DNA of 64,000 bases from Candidatus Woesearchaeota archaeon (GCA_018221105.1 JAAOYA010000005.1:1-64000); one strand, 5' to 3'. Counted from the first letter of the stretch, positions 49,947 through 58,813 are shown. Made by a program: numbers and translations. Notes: generated by a model from the sequence alone, not told the origin.

Positions 49947-50153
49947 ATGATTGGGGGAATTGTTTGTACAGATTGTGGTCAGTCCAAGAGCACCGCAAGT
50001 AATTGCGATCGCTGTAATAGAAAGGTATGTCCTGACTGTGTCAGAAAATTTAGCGATGATGAAAGGCTTCGCTGTAACTCATGTCACAAGTACGTTGAGA
50101 AAAACGGTCCTGACTTTTCAAACAGTGCGGTAAACCAATGTGAAAGGGGGTGA
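49947..50153 (+). CDS. Small zinc-finger protein (4 CxxC)
   Basis: CTDC, CDRC, CPDC, CNSC; AAGGAGG RBS. Confidence 0.7.
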   Translation: MIGGIVCTDCGQSKSTASNCDRCNRKVCPDCVRKFSDDERLRCNSCHKYVEKNGPDFSNSAVNQCERG

Positions 50154-50362
50154 AGTTGATGACTGGTTATAACTGCAAGGCCTGTAAAACAGAAAACGCC
50201 AAACCAGTAGAGTGCCAGTCGCTTATTTGTCAAAAACAAGGTTGCACCGCTTGTTTTGTCGTTTCAAATGATGACTTGCGACGGTGTCCTGCGTGTGCTG
50301 AAATTCATCAAAGAGAGTTCGATATAGCCACGCAGAAAAAACCTTTGTCTGTAAGAGTCTAA
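50150..50362 (+). CDS. Small zinc-finger protein, probable paralogue of the upstream gene
   Basis: CKAC, CQSLIC, CTAC, CPAC; SNDDLRRC versus SDDERLRC. Confidence 0.65.
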   Translation: MKLMTGYNCKACKTENAKPVECQSLICQKQGCTACFVVSNDDLRRCPACAEIHQREFDIATQKKPLSVRV

Positions 50363-50410
50363 GAAAGGAGGAACAAACTACTTTTAACAACCTTTTAACT
50401 CTTGTAGGAG

Positions 50411-50605
50411 ATGACAATGACACAACATTGGAAAACCTGCCCATTCTACAGGACACATGATCAAAGTGGTTGCAACAGTAAAAGAATGTACGAAGAAGGG
50501 CTTGGTCCTGCCAGTCGTTGCAAAACTTGCCCTTACAACAAAAGCTTACAAAATAATTTAGGAGGAGGTGCTATAACAAAAAACTTGCACGATAGACGCT
50601 ACTAA
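50411..50605 (+). CDS. Small Cys-rich protein
   Basis: TCPFY..GC..CKTCPY; AGGAG RBS favours ATG 50417. Confidence 0.55.
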   Translation: MTMTQHWKTCPFYRTHDQSGCNSKRMYEEGLGPASRCKTCPYNKSLQNNLGGGAITKNLHDRRY

Positions 50606-50637
50606 AAAAAACAATAATTTTAAGGAGGAAACAAACA

Positions 50638-50877
50638 ATGGCAAAAGTGGACTTACGTGAAATAAAAAAGATCGATCTTCTCGTATCGGATGAAACTGAT
50701 GTTGCTCTTTTCATCGAAAACCTAAAGACAGAAGGTCTTTCCGCCCACACCGATACCAGAGAAAATGGTAAAAGATGTATTGTTATTGAACCTGATGGAA
50801 TGGATTTTGTCAGTGCAATTGGAGAAAGAAGTGTTAGGCACTTTCTCAAACAACCAGGAGCCATATTCGAAAGATAA
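50638..50877 (+). CDS. Hypothetical protein
   Basis: TAAGGAGG RBS. Confidence 0.65.
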   Translation: MAKVDLREIKKIDLLVSDETDVALFIENLKTEGLSAHTDTRENGKRCIVIEPDGMDFVSAIGERSVRHFLKQPGAIFER

Positions 50878-50892
50878 AGGAGGATTGACGTT

Positions 50893-51168
50893 ATGAATAT
50901 TGCCAACGAACGAGAAGGACCATTCAATGTTTCAGATATTGAATTTGGGCCTTTCAATGGCATTGTTACAAAACTGCTACGTAATTACGTGGTAGTTCAC
51001 TGTAATAGCATCCAAGGAACTTCTGTTACTGTTTCACTAACTTCCGAAAGTTGGGATGGTGGAGAAGGAGGTTATCCTACTAAAGCAGGCCAGCCTGTTG
51101 TTGTCCGAAATGTTCTTATTCATAAAAAAGGAGCACGGGCAAAAAACGCCAGAGTAGTCTGTCAGTAA
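50893..51168 (+). CDS. Hypothetical small beta protein (possible OB/cold-shock-like fold)
   Basis: AAAGGAGG RBS; NGIVTKL..GQPVVV..KKGARAKNAR. Confidence 0.6.
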   Translation: MNIANEREGPFNVSDIEFGPFNGIVTKLLRNYVVVHCNSIQGTSVTVSLTSESWDGGEGGYPTKAGQPVVVRNVLIHKKGARAKNARVVCQ

Positions 51169-51228
51169 AGAACACAGCAAACAGCAAGCAATAACGTTTT
51201 TTCTAGCAAACAGCAAAGGAGCAAGAAA

Positions 51229-51645
51229 ATGCCAAGCAAAACAGCAAACACTATGACGCCTATTGAAGCAGTATTCGAAGACATCATGCATTTTGCAGAA
51301 GAAAAAAGGGGCGAGGGAAATTTTTCAGGATTGTTAATGCAAACCTGGAAAAATAAAGTCGTAAGTTCTGGTCTAATATCATCATCAAAAGACCAAGAAT
51401 ATCTCAACCCTCTTGTTGACTTATTCTTAGGAGATCTGCCATCAGATTTTCTGGATCGGGTGTGGAATGACTTGGAGAACCATGATCTGTCAACAAAAAA
51501 CCTTTTGATGATATCCAGAAACTGTACATGCTTGAAAGTTTGCAAGGCGGCAACTAATCTTTTGTGCTTTCGCAAAGGAAAAGGTTTGCTGTCAGAATCT
51601 GAGCTTCAAGAGTTGGAACTTGTTGAATTTCTTCAACGAGAATAA
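51229..51645 (+). CDS. Hypothetical helical protein, one copy of a WNxL..LLxIS..C repeat
   Basis: AAAGGAG RBS; motif shared with the next gene. Confidence 0.7.
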   Translation: MPSKTANTMTPIEAVFEDIMHFAEEKRGEGNFSGLLMQTWKNKVVSSGLISSSKDQEYLNPLVDLFLGDLPSDFLDRVWNDLENHDLSTKNLLMISRNCTCLKVCKAATNLLCFRKGKGLLSESELQELELVEFLQRE

Positions 51646-51747
51646 CTTAAGATAAAAAAATTGAAACTCGTTCTAGCTCATAAAAATATACTATTTACAA
51701 CTTGCAATTCGCGAATTTAAAATATTGTTATAAGGAGGGAGTGAACA

Positions 51748-52437
51748 ATGCAAAAAGTATTCTTGGAAGATAGAATCCGTCATATGTTGGAAAACTGCGA
51801 GTTAAGAAAAAACTTTTCGCGGTTGACTAAGATGCTTAATACTCTGATCTCAAAACCTGGAGCGCTTTTGGGATTGCAGACCAATCCTACAGAGCTGCTC
51901 AAAGATCAAAGTATTCCTGCAGCGGTGCGCGCCAAACTCTTAGAAGTTGTTGGCGGGCGTCATGTGATGGCCTTGCTTAAACTTGGGGGGCTTTGTGCGG
52001 AGGCAAAACTTATTAAGTGGAACTCTTTGAGTGTTGACTTTTCACAACTCTCAAACCAGTCACTGCTTTTAATCAGCAAGTACTGTGATGTGAGCAGTGT
52101 TCGACTGGCAGCCTTTCGAAAATTTCATTATAGGAGGGCTTGCGAGTATCAGGTTATCAAAAGTGAAGTGGATTATTATTACGAGTTGTTTGAAGAGTTT
52201 CTCACATGCCAAGATTATAGTGATGATACAATTATAGAATTGTGGAATTTTTTGACGCATTTTACCAGTGATCCTGAAAATTCCCTACTATTGTCAATTC
52301 ACGAATCCTGTCCTGTCAAAACGATTAGGGATTGGGCCGGTCAGAAACTTGTGGTTCGTCGGCGTCAAGAAAGACTGGGAAGATATGAAAGGGCACAGTT
52401 TGCAGAGCAAACCCTTCTAGCTCTTGTCCAGTCATAA
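51748..52437 (+). CDS. Hypothetical helical protein, two copies of the WNxL..LLxI..C repeat
   Basis: TAAGGAGG RBS. Confidence 0.7.
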   Translation: MQKVFLEDRIRHMLENCELRKNFSRLTKMLNTLISKPGALLGLQTNPTELLKDQSIPAAVRAKLLEVVGGRHVMALLKLGGLCAEAKLIKWNSLSVDFSQLSNQSLLLISKYCDVSSVRLAAFRKFHYRRACEYQVIKSEVDYYYELFEEFLTCQDYSDDTIIELWNFLTHFTSDPENSLLLSIHESCPVKTIRDWAGQKLVVRRRQERLGRYERAQFAEQTLLALVQS

Positions 52438-52481
52438 AAAGAGAGCTGTCAACAGCTGTTTTTTGAAAGGAGTCATGTTTT

Positions 52482-52619
52482 ATGACGCGCAAAAATCGAG
52501 AGTCCACTGCAACTCGCAAGTCCAAAGGTCATCGTCCAACAGCACGCAACAGGATGGCGCATAGAACCACCCAACATTCACGTGGTAGACGCCGTAAACC
52601 TGTAGACAATAACAGCTAG
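52482..52619 (+). CDS. 45-aa Arg/Lys-rich peptide (not in ORF track)
   Basis: AAAGGAG-N9-ATG; MTRKNRESTATRKSKGHRPTARNRMAHRTTQHSRGRRRKPVDNNS. Confidence 0.5.
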   Translation: MTRKNRESTATRKSKGHRPTARNRMAHRTTQHSRGRRRKPVDNNS

Positions 52620-52647
52620 AAGCTGTTAAGGGTTTACCCCCGCAAAA

Positions 52648-52732
52648 GCGAAGCGCGCCTCAACCTAAAAAATTGGGGCGTGCTTCGCACCTAACTTTGA
52701 AAACACGAAAGCAACAGCTTTTTTTTCAAATA
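52648..52732 (+). repeat. GC-rich hairpin plus conserved ~40-bp spacer, copy 1
   Basis: GCGAAGCGCGCCTCAA/TTGGGGCGTGCTTCGC then AACTTTGAAAACACGAAAGCAACAGCTTTTTTTTCAAATA. Confidence 0.65.
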
Positions 52733-52769
52733 TCAAAAAAAATTTATTAAAATAAAGGAGGGTTTTGTT

Positions 52770-53189
52770 ATGTTATCATTTATTGAAACAGCAAATTCTA
52801 TTCTACCTATTTATCTTATGGTAACGACTGTTTTTTTGATGGCTTGTTGTGCTGTCATCATGAGTCGGCATTACCAAAGCAAGTTACAAAAGTGTTTTGC
52901 TGTCAGCGTCGGTCTTGCCATGGGAATATTAGCATTGCTTGGCGGAATGTTATCTGTTGATCAATTAATGGTAAGCAATCCGCCAATACCTCACGAGGTT
53001 CAATCTTTAGGGTTTTCAGATGCCCAAGAAGGTATCTTGTACGTTGTCTTTGTCAGAGTAAACAATGGCGTACCTTACCGGGCTGGTCCAATGCTAAAAG
53101 CAAAGGATCTTAGCGCAACACAAAAACCAAAGACTGCCATTAAACCTTCATCGAAAACTCCTATAATAGTTCGTGGCAGTCCAGGATAA
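52770..53189 (+). CDS. Hypothetical membrane protein
   Basis: AAAGGAGG RBS. Confidence 0.65.
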   Translation: MLSFIETANSILPIYLMVTTVFLMACCAVIMSRHYQSKLQKCFAVSVGLAMGILALLGGMLSVDQLMVSNPPIPHEVQSLGFSDAQEGILYVVFVRVNNGVPYRAGPMLKAKDLSATQKPKTAIKPSSKTPIIVRGSPG

Positions 53190-53203
53190 AAGGAGGTTAT
53201 ACA

Positions 53204-53419
53204 ATGGAACGGGTAATTGTTAGCCTGATTCTTATCGTTATTGGCGGATTGTTAGTTTACAAAAACTTCGACTATATGAGGGCTCCCTTTCTTGTCTTTG
53301 ATGGTCATGCGGGCCCTATTGATCTATTTTATAGCTTCTTGTTTTATGCTGGATTCACTATGCTATTTGGTGGCGCAGCCATAGGGGCTGTAGCAATGTT
53401 TCATGCAATTCCAAAATAA
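53204..53419 (+). CDS. Small 2-TM protein
   Basis: AAAGGAGG RBS. Confidence 0.65.
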   Translation: MERVIVSLILIVIGGLLVYKNFDYMRAPFLVFDGHAGPIDLFYSFLFYAGFTMLFGGAAIGAVAMFHAIPK

Positions 53420-53428
53420 AAGGAGGGT

Positions 53429-53758
53429 GTGATGCTATGGTCAGGGTACTTTTTTAGTCTGTTTCTCATCTTCATAGGCATACAAACCGCGAGAGCTTAC
53501 AAATCCTACGCTCGTACACCAATTTTCGAGGCCAAAATCTTTGAAATAAAAGGTTGGTCAGTGTTTTGGTTTGTTGGTGGCGGACTCACAACTTGGGGCG
53601 TTATAGGCCTTTGGTTTCCAACATTTCAGGCCATGGCATACATTGCAATAGTAGGATTGGGTGTTTTTGCAGGCATCATGATCGCGTCTCGTAATCAACA
53701 CCGAGCAAAACATAAGCTTCGTCGCCAAGCAAAACAAAACCAGCAAATGGAGGGTTGA
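53429..53758 (+). CDS. Small membrane protein
   Basis: AAAGGAGG RBS. Confidence 0.65.
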   Translation: MMLWSGYFFSLFLIFIGIQTARAYKSYARTPIFEAKIFEIKGWSVFWFVGGGLTTWGVIGLWFPTFQAMAYIAIVGLGVFAGIMIASRNQHRAKHKLRRQAKQNQQMEG

Positions 53759-53761
53759 GTT

Positions 53762-53968
53762 ATGGAAAAACTTGGTGCTAACGGAATTTTAGGACTGCTT
53801 ACTTTCATAATTTTTGGTATTTTGTTTTTCTTGCCAAAAAAACCTTCAACCCCTGACTGGGCACTCTGGGTTATTGGCGCGATAGCATTAATGGGGCTTG
53901 TGTTTTGCATCGACCCATTAATCAAAACATTCTTTCCAGGATGGCACAAAAGAATAACAGGCGAGTAA
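53762..53968 (+). CDS. Small 2-TM protein
   Basis: GGAGG RBS. Confidence 0.65.
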   Translation: MEKLGANGILGLLTFIIFGILFFLPKKPSTPDWALWVIGAIALMGLVFCIDPLIKTFFPGWHKRITGE

Positions 53969-53992
53969 AAAAAAAGAAATGGAGGGGAGACT

Positions 53993-54187
53993 ATGGAAAG
54001 CAAACTGGTACAAGCACTGTTTCTTTTGGTAGTGGGAGTGGTGTTTTTTGTTGGCCTGCTCTTTGAAGAAAACATCAAAAAGTTTTTCAGGCGCGCACGC
54101 GACATTATAAGCGTGTTGTCGGTTCTACCGTTTATTCGCCTTTTTCGAGAAGATCCTGATGATCGTTGTGAATATGAAGAAGGATAA
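53993..54187 (+). CDS. Small membrane protein
   Basis: GGAGG RBS. Confidence 0.6.
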   Translation: MESKLVQALFLLVVGVVFFVGLLFEENIKKFFRRARDIISVLSVLPFIRLFREDPDDRCEYEEG

Positions 54188-54203
54188 AAAGGAGGGGAGT
54201 GTC

Positions 54204-54479
54204 ATGCAAAAGTTTCGTATTCTAAAGAGGATTTTACTTGGATTGTGGGAGCTAACAGTTATCGTTTGGTGGACCTTCGTATTCGTAGTGCTGTTCATTT
54301 GCGGGGCTTACGAGTATGACGACTGCCCAAGATCTCAAAAAAGACTTCTAACAAAAGGAGGTGTTAAATTTGTTTTCAGACAATATTTTAATCACAGCTT
54401 TAATACATCTTTTCATAATATTTATTGGCGTAGTTATGTGTCGGGGTACAATAAAAGAGTCTCCTTACACTGGCTATAA
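54204..54479 (+). CDS. Small single-TM protein; 3' part overlaps the next gene
   Basis: AAAGGAGGGGAG before ATG 54204. Confidence 0.5.
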   Translation: MQKFRILKRILLGLWELTVIVWWTFVFVVLFICGAYEYDDCPRSQKRLLTKGGVKFVFRQYFNHSFNTSFHNIYWRSYVSGYNKRVSLHWL

Positions 54480-54687
54480 AACACCTTTTACTTTAGGCGT
54501 GTTCTGCAGCGCTGGTTTGTTTAGCTTTTCAATAATGGCTATGGCTATTAGTACTGCCAAACCACTTCCTACTTTCACGGCTTTTTTCTGGTTGACAGAG
54601 TGCTACATCCTTGGCTTGATAATAACTATTACACTCTACATATTTTTTCTCAAGTTAGAACAAAAAAATAATGCTTCATCACTCTAA
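54370..54687 (+). CDS. Small 3-TM protein (TTG start)
   Basis: AAAGGAGGTG before TTG 54370. Confidence 0.6.
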   Translation: MFSDNILITALIHLFIIFIGVVMCRGTIKESPYTGYKTPFTLGVFCSAGLFSFSIMAMAISTAKPLPTFTAFFWLTECYILGLIITITLYIFFLKLEQKNNASSL

Positions 54688-54693
54688 TTTTAT

Positions 54694-54769
54694 GAGCGCA
54701 CTCACAAAACAGCGTGTGCTGCGCTCTCCAACTTTGAAAATTCAAAAGCAAATGCTTTTTTTACAAATA
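54694..54769 (+). repeat. Hairpin plus conserved ~40-bp spacer, copy 2
   Basis: GAGCGCA/TGCGCTC then AACTTTGAAAATTCAAAAGCAAATGCTTTTTTTACAAATA. Confidence 0.65.
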
Positions 54770-54806
54770 AAAAATAATAATTACACTTTTTATGGAGGGT
54801 AAAATC

Positions 54807-55058
54807 ATGAATAATTTTATTATTGGACAATTTGCAGTATCAGTTATTTTGATGTTTACAATGGCATTTTCATTAAAAAGTGAAAGGGGAGGACCAGAAG
54901 ATAGTGTTCTAAGCGTTTGTGGCATCGTATGGCTTGTCGCACTAGTGACGGGTGTTGGCGCAATGTTCATTTTTAAAGACCCTTCTCTTCTTATAATTTC
55001 AACAATTGTTTGTGCCTTCCTGCCTGTTATGCCAATAATAGTTGGCGAAGGAGCGTAA
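54807..55058 (+). CDS. Small 3-TM protein
   Basis: GGAGG before ATG 54807. Confidence 0.6.
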   Translation: MNNFIIGQFAVSVILMFTMAFSLKSERGGPEDSVLSVCGIVWLVALVTGVGAMFIFKDPSLLIISTIVCAFLPVMPIIVGEGA

Positions 55059-55243
55059 AACTGACTAGAACCAATAACCATTTTTTGTGGGGGTGTTACC
55101 TATGGCTAGAGGGAAAAAAGGGGTGGCCTGGAAGACCTAAAAAGTGTTCTAATGAGCCAGGCTCTAAGGCGTGCAAGAAAACGCGCAAAAACAATGGGAT
55201 GTATTGCGTTAATTGCGCTTACGCATAAGGGAGGTATTATATT

Positions 55244-55513
55244 ATGGGATTAATTATTCGATTATTGGCTTTGGCTGCATTGTTACTCGTCATGCTTGTC
55301 GCTCCCGCCAGCAACCTATTACTTTTGTACTTGACAGCCAACATTCTAATAGAAAAAAGCCAGTATGCCATCATATTAATACCTGGCAGTCTATCATGCT
55401 TTCTTTTCTTAAACGCTCGGCTGTCACACGATGAGTTTTGGGATTGTTGGAGGCCAAAAAGCATAAGTGCTTATATTAAAGTGCTCAAGTATGTCAGGGT
55501 AAAAGTCAAATAA
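55244..55513 (+). CDS. Small membrane protein
   Basis: GGGAGG RBS. Confidence 0.6.
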   Translation: MGLIIRLLALAALLLVMLVAPASNLLLLYLTANILIEKSQYAIILIPGSLSCFLFLNARLSHDEFWDCWRPKSISAYIKVLKYVRVKVK

Positions 55514-55545
55514 TAATCCTTAGATTTTAATGATGGGGGTGAATT

Positions 55546-55728
55546 ATGACGTTTAAAGATTTAATTGCAGGCTTTTTACTGGCAACACTTTTCTGGGCTG
55601 CTGCGGAACTTGCAGTTTTGGGTTATTGTATCGATGTTGGAGTGATCACCATAGAACAAGAGTCATCACAACCTTCAAAGCAAGAAGACACCATCAAAGC
55701 GTTGCCAAGTCAACTAAAACTCGTTTAA
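55546..55728 (+). CDS. Small single-TM protein
   Basis: GGGGGTGA RBS. Confidence 0.55.
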   Translation: MTFKDLIAGFLLATLFWAAAELAVLGYCIDVGVITIEQESSQPSKQEDTIKALPSQLKLV

Positions 55729-55744
55729 AAGAAAGGACTTTGTT

Positions 55745-56086
55745 ATGAAGGAATTGTTAATCATTCAAACAGCATCCTTTGCTTGTGCGTGGATATTTTT
55801 TGCTTTTCTGGTTTTCGGCTCTTTTAGCCCTGTCAACTATTATGAAGAAGAAGAGGTAAGCTTGGCAAGGCGAATAACCTGGCTTGCTGGCTGCTTTCTA
55901 ACTTCTGCCGGTTTATTTATCGGGGCCATTTTATCACTTATCATTGGCATCGGGCTCGTCTATACACCCTACAACTACGTTGTGGGTTATGAACTTTTTA
56001 CCAGTGTGATGCTTTTTAGTGCTATCGTGTGGTTTTTGGGTATTCAACCAGATCCTATCGATCAGCTAAGGCCTTTTCACTATTAA
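55745..56086 (+). CDS. Small 3-TM protein
   Basis: AAAGGA RBS. Confidence 0.65.
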   Translation: MKELLIIQTASFACAWIFFAFLVFGSFSPVNYYEEEEVSLARRITWLAGCFLTSAGLFIGAILSLIIGIGLVYTPYNYVVGYELFTSVMLFSAIVWFLGIQPDPIDQLRPFHY

Positions 56087-56120
56087 CAACTCACTTTTGT
56101 GAGAGAAAGGAAAAAAAGCC

Positions 56121-56264
56121 ATGAGCCAGGGTCTTGAGAACCATGTCTTTGATAAGTTGAAGTGCACCCTAGACTGTTGCGGATTATCAGATGAGGGGAA
56201 AAAGCGTGTAGCAGAGTTGTTAGTAATTACATTTTCCAGAGCTACTAAACAAAATCAAGAATAA
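56121..56264 (+). CDS. 47-aa hypothetical protein (not in ORF track)
   Basis: AAAGGA upstream; MSQGLENHVFDKLKCTLDCCG... Confidence 0.4.
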   Translation: MSQGLENHVFDKLKCTLDCCGLSDEGKKRVAELLVITFSRATKQNQE

Positions 56265-56276
56265 TCTATCGATAAA

Positions 56277-56356
56277 AAGAAGCTTTGTATGTTTGGCTTC
56301 TTTTTTCGTTTTTTGTTTTCTATATTGAAAATAAAAACATTCAAAAATCGGTTTTT
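56277..56356 (+). terminator. Array-end element, copy 1: hairpin + T-tract + TTTTCTATATTGAAAATAA
   Basis: AAGAAGC..GCTTCTTTTTT; close match to 63702-63784. Confidence 0.65.
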
Positions 56357-56481
56357 GTGCGGAAGAAGTTGGAATACCATGAAAAAACATCGAATCGGTT
56401 TATTACTGTTTGGTTGTAAACGCGTTAGTTTTATATATTATAAGCTCTTACTAATAACAAAACACTAGAGGTAATAGCAAA

Positions 56482-56841
56482 ATGACCGACATCTTAAAAG
56501 ACATTCAAGAAGCTAAAACAATCACATTAAAAGAATTAATCGGCGAAATCAACACATTAGTAAGTGAAAGACAACATCTCTCGAAAACATTACTTGATGA
56601 AATAGAAAAGATTTCTATGGCTGTCAACAGCGTATTAGTAAACGCTCGCGCAGTGCAGCCAACACCAGAACACTTAAAACTTGAACAAAAAAAAATCGAG
56701 CTAGAAGAACTTAAACTGCAAGAAAAACTCAATTGTTGGCGCGACATAGCACTATTAAAACGCGAACTACGCGAGGCCAGCAAAGAATTTAGGGGAGCTG
56801 AAAGTCGCTCACAATTAATTGACAGCCTATTAGAAAAATAA
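56482..56841 (+). CDS. Coiled-coil protein, co-transcribed with the ATPase
   Basis: Heptads; TATA-like TTTTATATA at ~56429; GAGGT RBS; 5-nt gap to the ATPase. Confidence 0.75.
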   Translation: MTDILKDIQEAKTITLKELIGEINTLVSERQHLSKTLLDEIEKISMAVNSVLVNARAVQPTPEHLKLEQKKIELEELKLQEKLNCWRDIALLKRELREASKEFRGAESRSQLIDSLLEK

Positions 56842-56846
56842 GCACG

Positions 56847-58793
56847 ATGCAATCAAGCCTAACAGTCGAAGAACTATGTCGAAAACTAAAACCTGTTTTT
56901 GGCGACAAAATAGACAAGTTATACCTAAAGTATTCTTTAAGCGTTGATCGTGAAGAGCGCACAGAAATAGAACAAGCATTAAACGCGTTATATCACAAGC
57001 ACATCAACGAAGAGATGATAACAGAAAAAGTACTTCTTGAACCCCCTTCTAAGGACATCAGTGACGGCCAATACCCTTTAGGCGTCATTCATTACGCCAA
57101 AAAAAACTTGTACCCCTTTTATCTGCGAGAAAAAGATTGGGTTCGACACGTTTGCGTCAGTGGAATGAGCGGCAGTGGAAAAACAACATTCGCCTATAAT
57201 GTGTTAGGGGCTTTCGTGCTAAAAAAGAAACCATTCATAGTTTTCGATTGGAAAAAAAGTTTTAGGCCACTACTAAAAACAAATGAAAAAATGCTATTTT
57301 TTACTGTAGGCAACGAACGAGTAACAAATTTTTTCAAACTAAACATTAACAAACCACCAACAGGTGTTGGACCAAAAGAATGGATAGGAATACTTTGTGA
57401 CATCATCAACGAAAGCTACTTTGCAAACTTTGGAGTTCATAAGATATTATCAGAAACACTCGATCAAGCATTCACAGATTTTGGAATATACAAAGGCAGT
57501 GAAAACTATCCAACATGGCTACAAATAAAAGATCGCTTAGAAGAAAAAGCCAACAACACAAAAGGCCGGCCAAACCGTGAAAACGAATGGTTAGCTTCGG
57601 CGTTAAGGATAGCTCATTCACTAACTTTTGGCGCTTTTGGCGAGAGCACAAGCTACAAAGGAAAAGATTTGATAGGTGTTGAAGACCTACTAACAAATCA
57701 AGTAGTCTTCGAACTAGACTCGCTCTCAACTAGTGAGAAAAAATTCTTTTGTGAATTCATTCTAACTTATATTTACAAAGCAAAAAAAAGCAATCCAAAA
57801 GCACTAACAAACACTTTTGAAAGCGCTATAATAGTAGACGAAGCACACAACATATTCTTAAAAGAAAGACCATCATTTCTAACAGAAACAATCACAGACA
57901 TGATCTATCGAGAACTACGAGAGTACGGCATAGGACTCATTTGTTTAGACCAACACATAAGCAAACTATCAGAAGTCGTCGCTGGAAACAGCGCTTGCAA
58001 CATAGCATTTCAGCAAATGCTACCACAAGACATAGAAACAGTCAGTGGCATAATGCAATTAAAAGATCACAAAAAATACTTTTCAATGCTGCCAGTAGGA
58101 ACAGCAATAGTAAAACTAGCAGAGCGTTATTACAGACCATTCTTAATCAAAGTACCGTTCATCGACATCAAAAAAAACAGATATTCGGACGAAGAACTAG
58201 AAAGTTTAATGAGCGAGCGAATGAAATTTGCTCGCAGAATGGTATTATTTGATCAAAGTGTAAAACCAGAAAAACTAGTAGAAAACACGAAAAAATTAGA
58301 CGGAATACTAAAAAGTCAAGGCATCAAACCAACAAACGAATTCTTAGAGACAGAAAGCAACACAATGCTAGCACAACAAAGCATAACACAAAAACCACTC
58401 ACTTTTGAACTAGGTAATGACATGATAGGAAAAATAGTCGACAAAATAAGCCAAAATCCCATCAAAACAACACCAAAAGAACCAATAAGTGACGAATTAG
58501 AACTAGAAAATGATAACGTTTATAAATATCCTATCGACAATAGTATACTTACAAATAAAATATCAATAGAAGAAGAACTCTTCCTCTCAACCCTACAAGG
58601 TGAGACCGAAGGTCTTCCAACGACACTACTATACCAAAAACTAAACAGTCTATCAACACGCAAAGCCAACACGATAAAGAAAAAACTTATCGAACAAGGC
58701 AAGGTAGAAGAAGTGGTCGAAAAAACCGCGAGCGGTTGGAAGAAAAAACTTTCACTAACCGAAATCGGAGTACAAATTCTAGAAAAACAATAG
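56847..58793 (+). CDS. HerA/VirB4/FtsK-superfamily (DUF87-like) ATPase with probable C-terminal winged helix
   Basis: RHVCVSGMSGSGKTT, IVFDWK, IIVDEAHNIF, RELREYGIGLICLDQ; C-terminal TTLLYQKL..KKKLIEQGKV..LSLTEIG. Confidence 0.85.
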   Translation: MQSSLTVEELCRKLKPVFGDKIDKLYLKYSLSVDREERTEIEQALNALYHKHINEEMITEKVLLEPPSKDISDGQYPLGVIHYAKKNLYPFYLREKDWVRHVCVSGMSGSGKTTFAYNVLGAFVLKKKPFIVFDWKKSFRPLLKTNEKMLFFTVGNERVTNFFKLNINKPPTGVGPKEWIGILCDIINESYFANFGVHKILSETLDQAFTDFGIYKGSENYPTWLQIKDRLEEKANNTKGRPNRENEWLASALRIAHSLTFGAFGESTSYKGKDLIGVEDLLTNQVVFELDSLSTSEKKFFCEFILTYIYKAKKSNPKALTNTFESAIIVDEAHNIFLKERPSFLTETITDMIYRELREYGIGLICLDQHISKLSEVVAGNSACNIAFQQMLPQDIETVSGIMQLKDHKKYFSMLPVGTAIVKLAERYYRPFLIKVPFIDIKKNRYSDEELESLMSERMKFARRMVLFDQSVKPEKLVENTKKLDGILKSQGIKPTNEFLETESNTMLAQQSITQKPLTFELGNDMIGKIVDKISQNPIKTTPKEPISDELELENDNVYKYPIDNSILTNKISIEEELFLSTLQGETEGLPTTLLYQKLNSLSTRKANTIKKKLIEQGKVEEVVEKTASGWKKKLSLTEIGVQILEKQ

Positions 58794-58813
58794 AACGCGC
58801 AAATTAAAAACAT

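Noticed and set aside
41338..56090. Integron attC interpretation of the intergenic hairpins
   Set aside because: TAAC follows several stops, but paired RYYYAAC/GTTRRRY boxes enclosing the stems are not consistently present, most genes have no hairpin, and no IntI is in the window.
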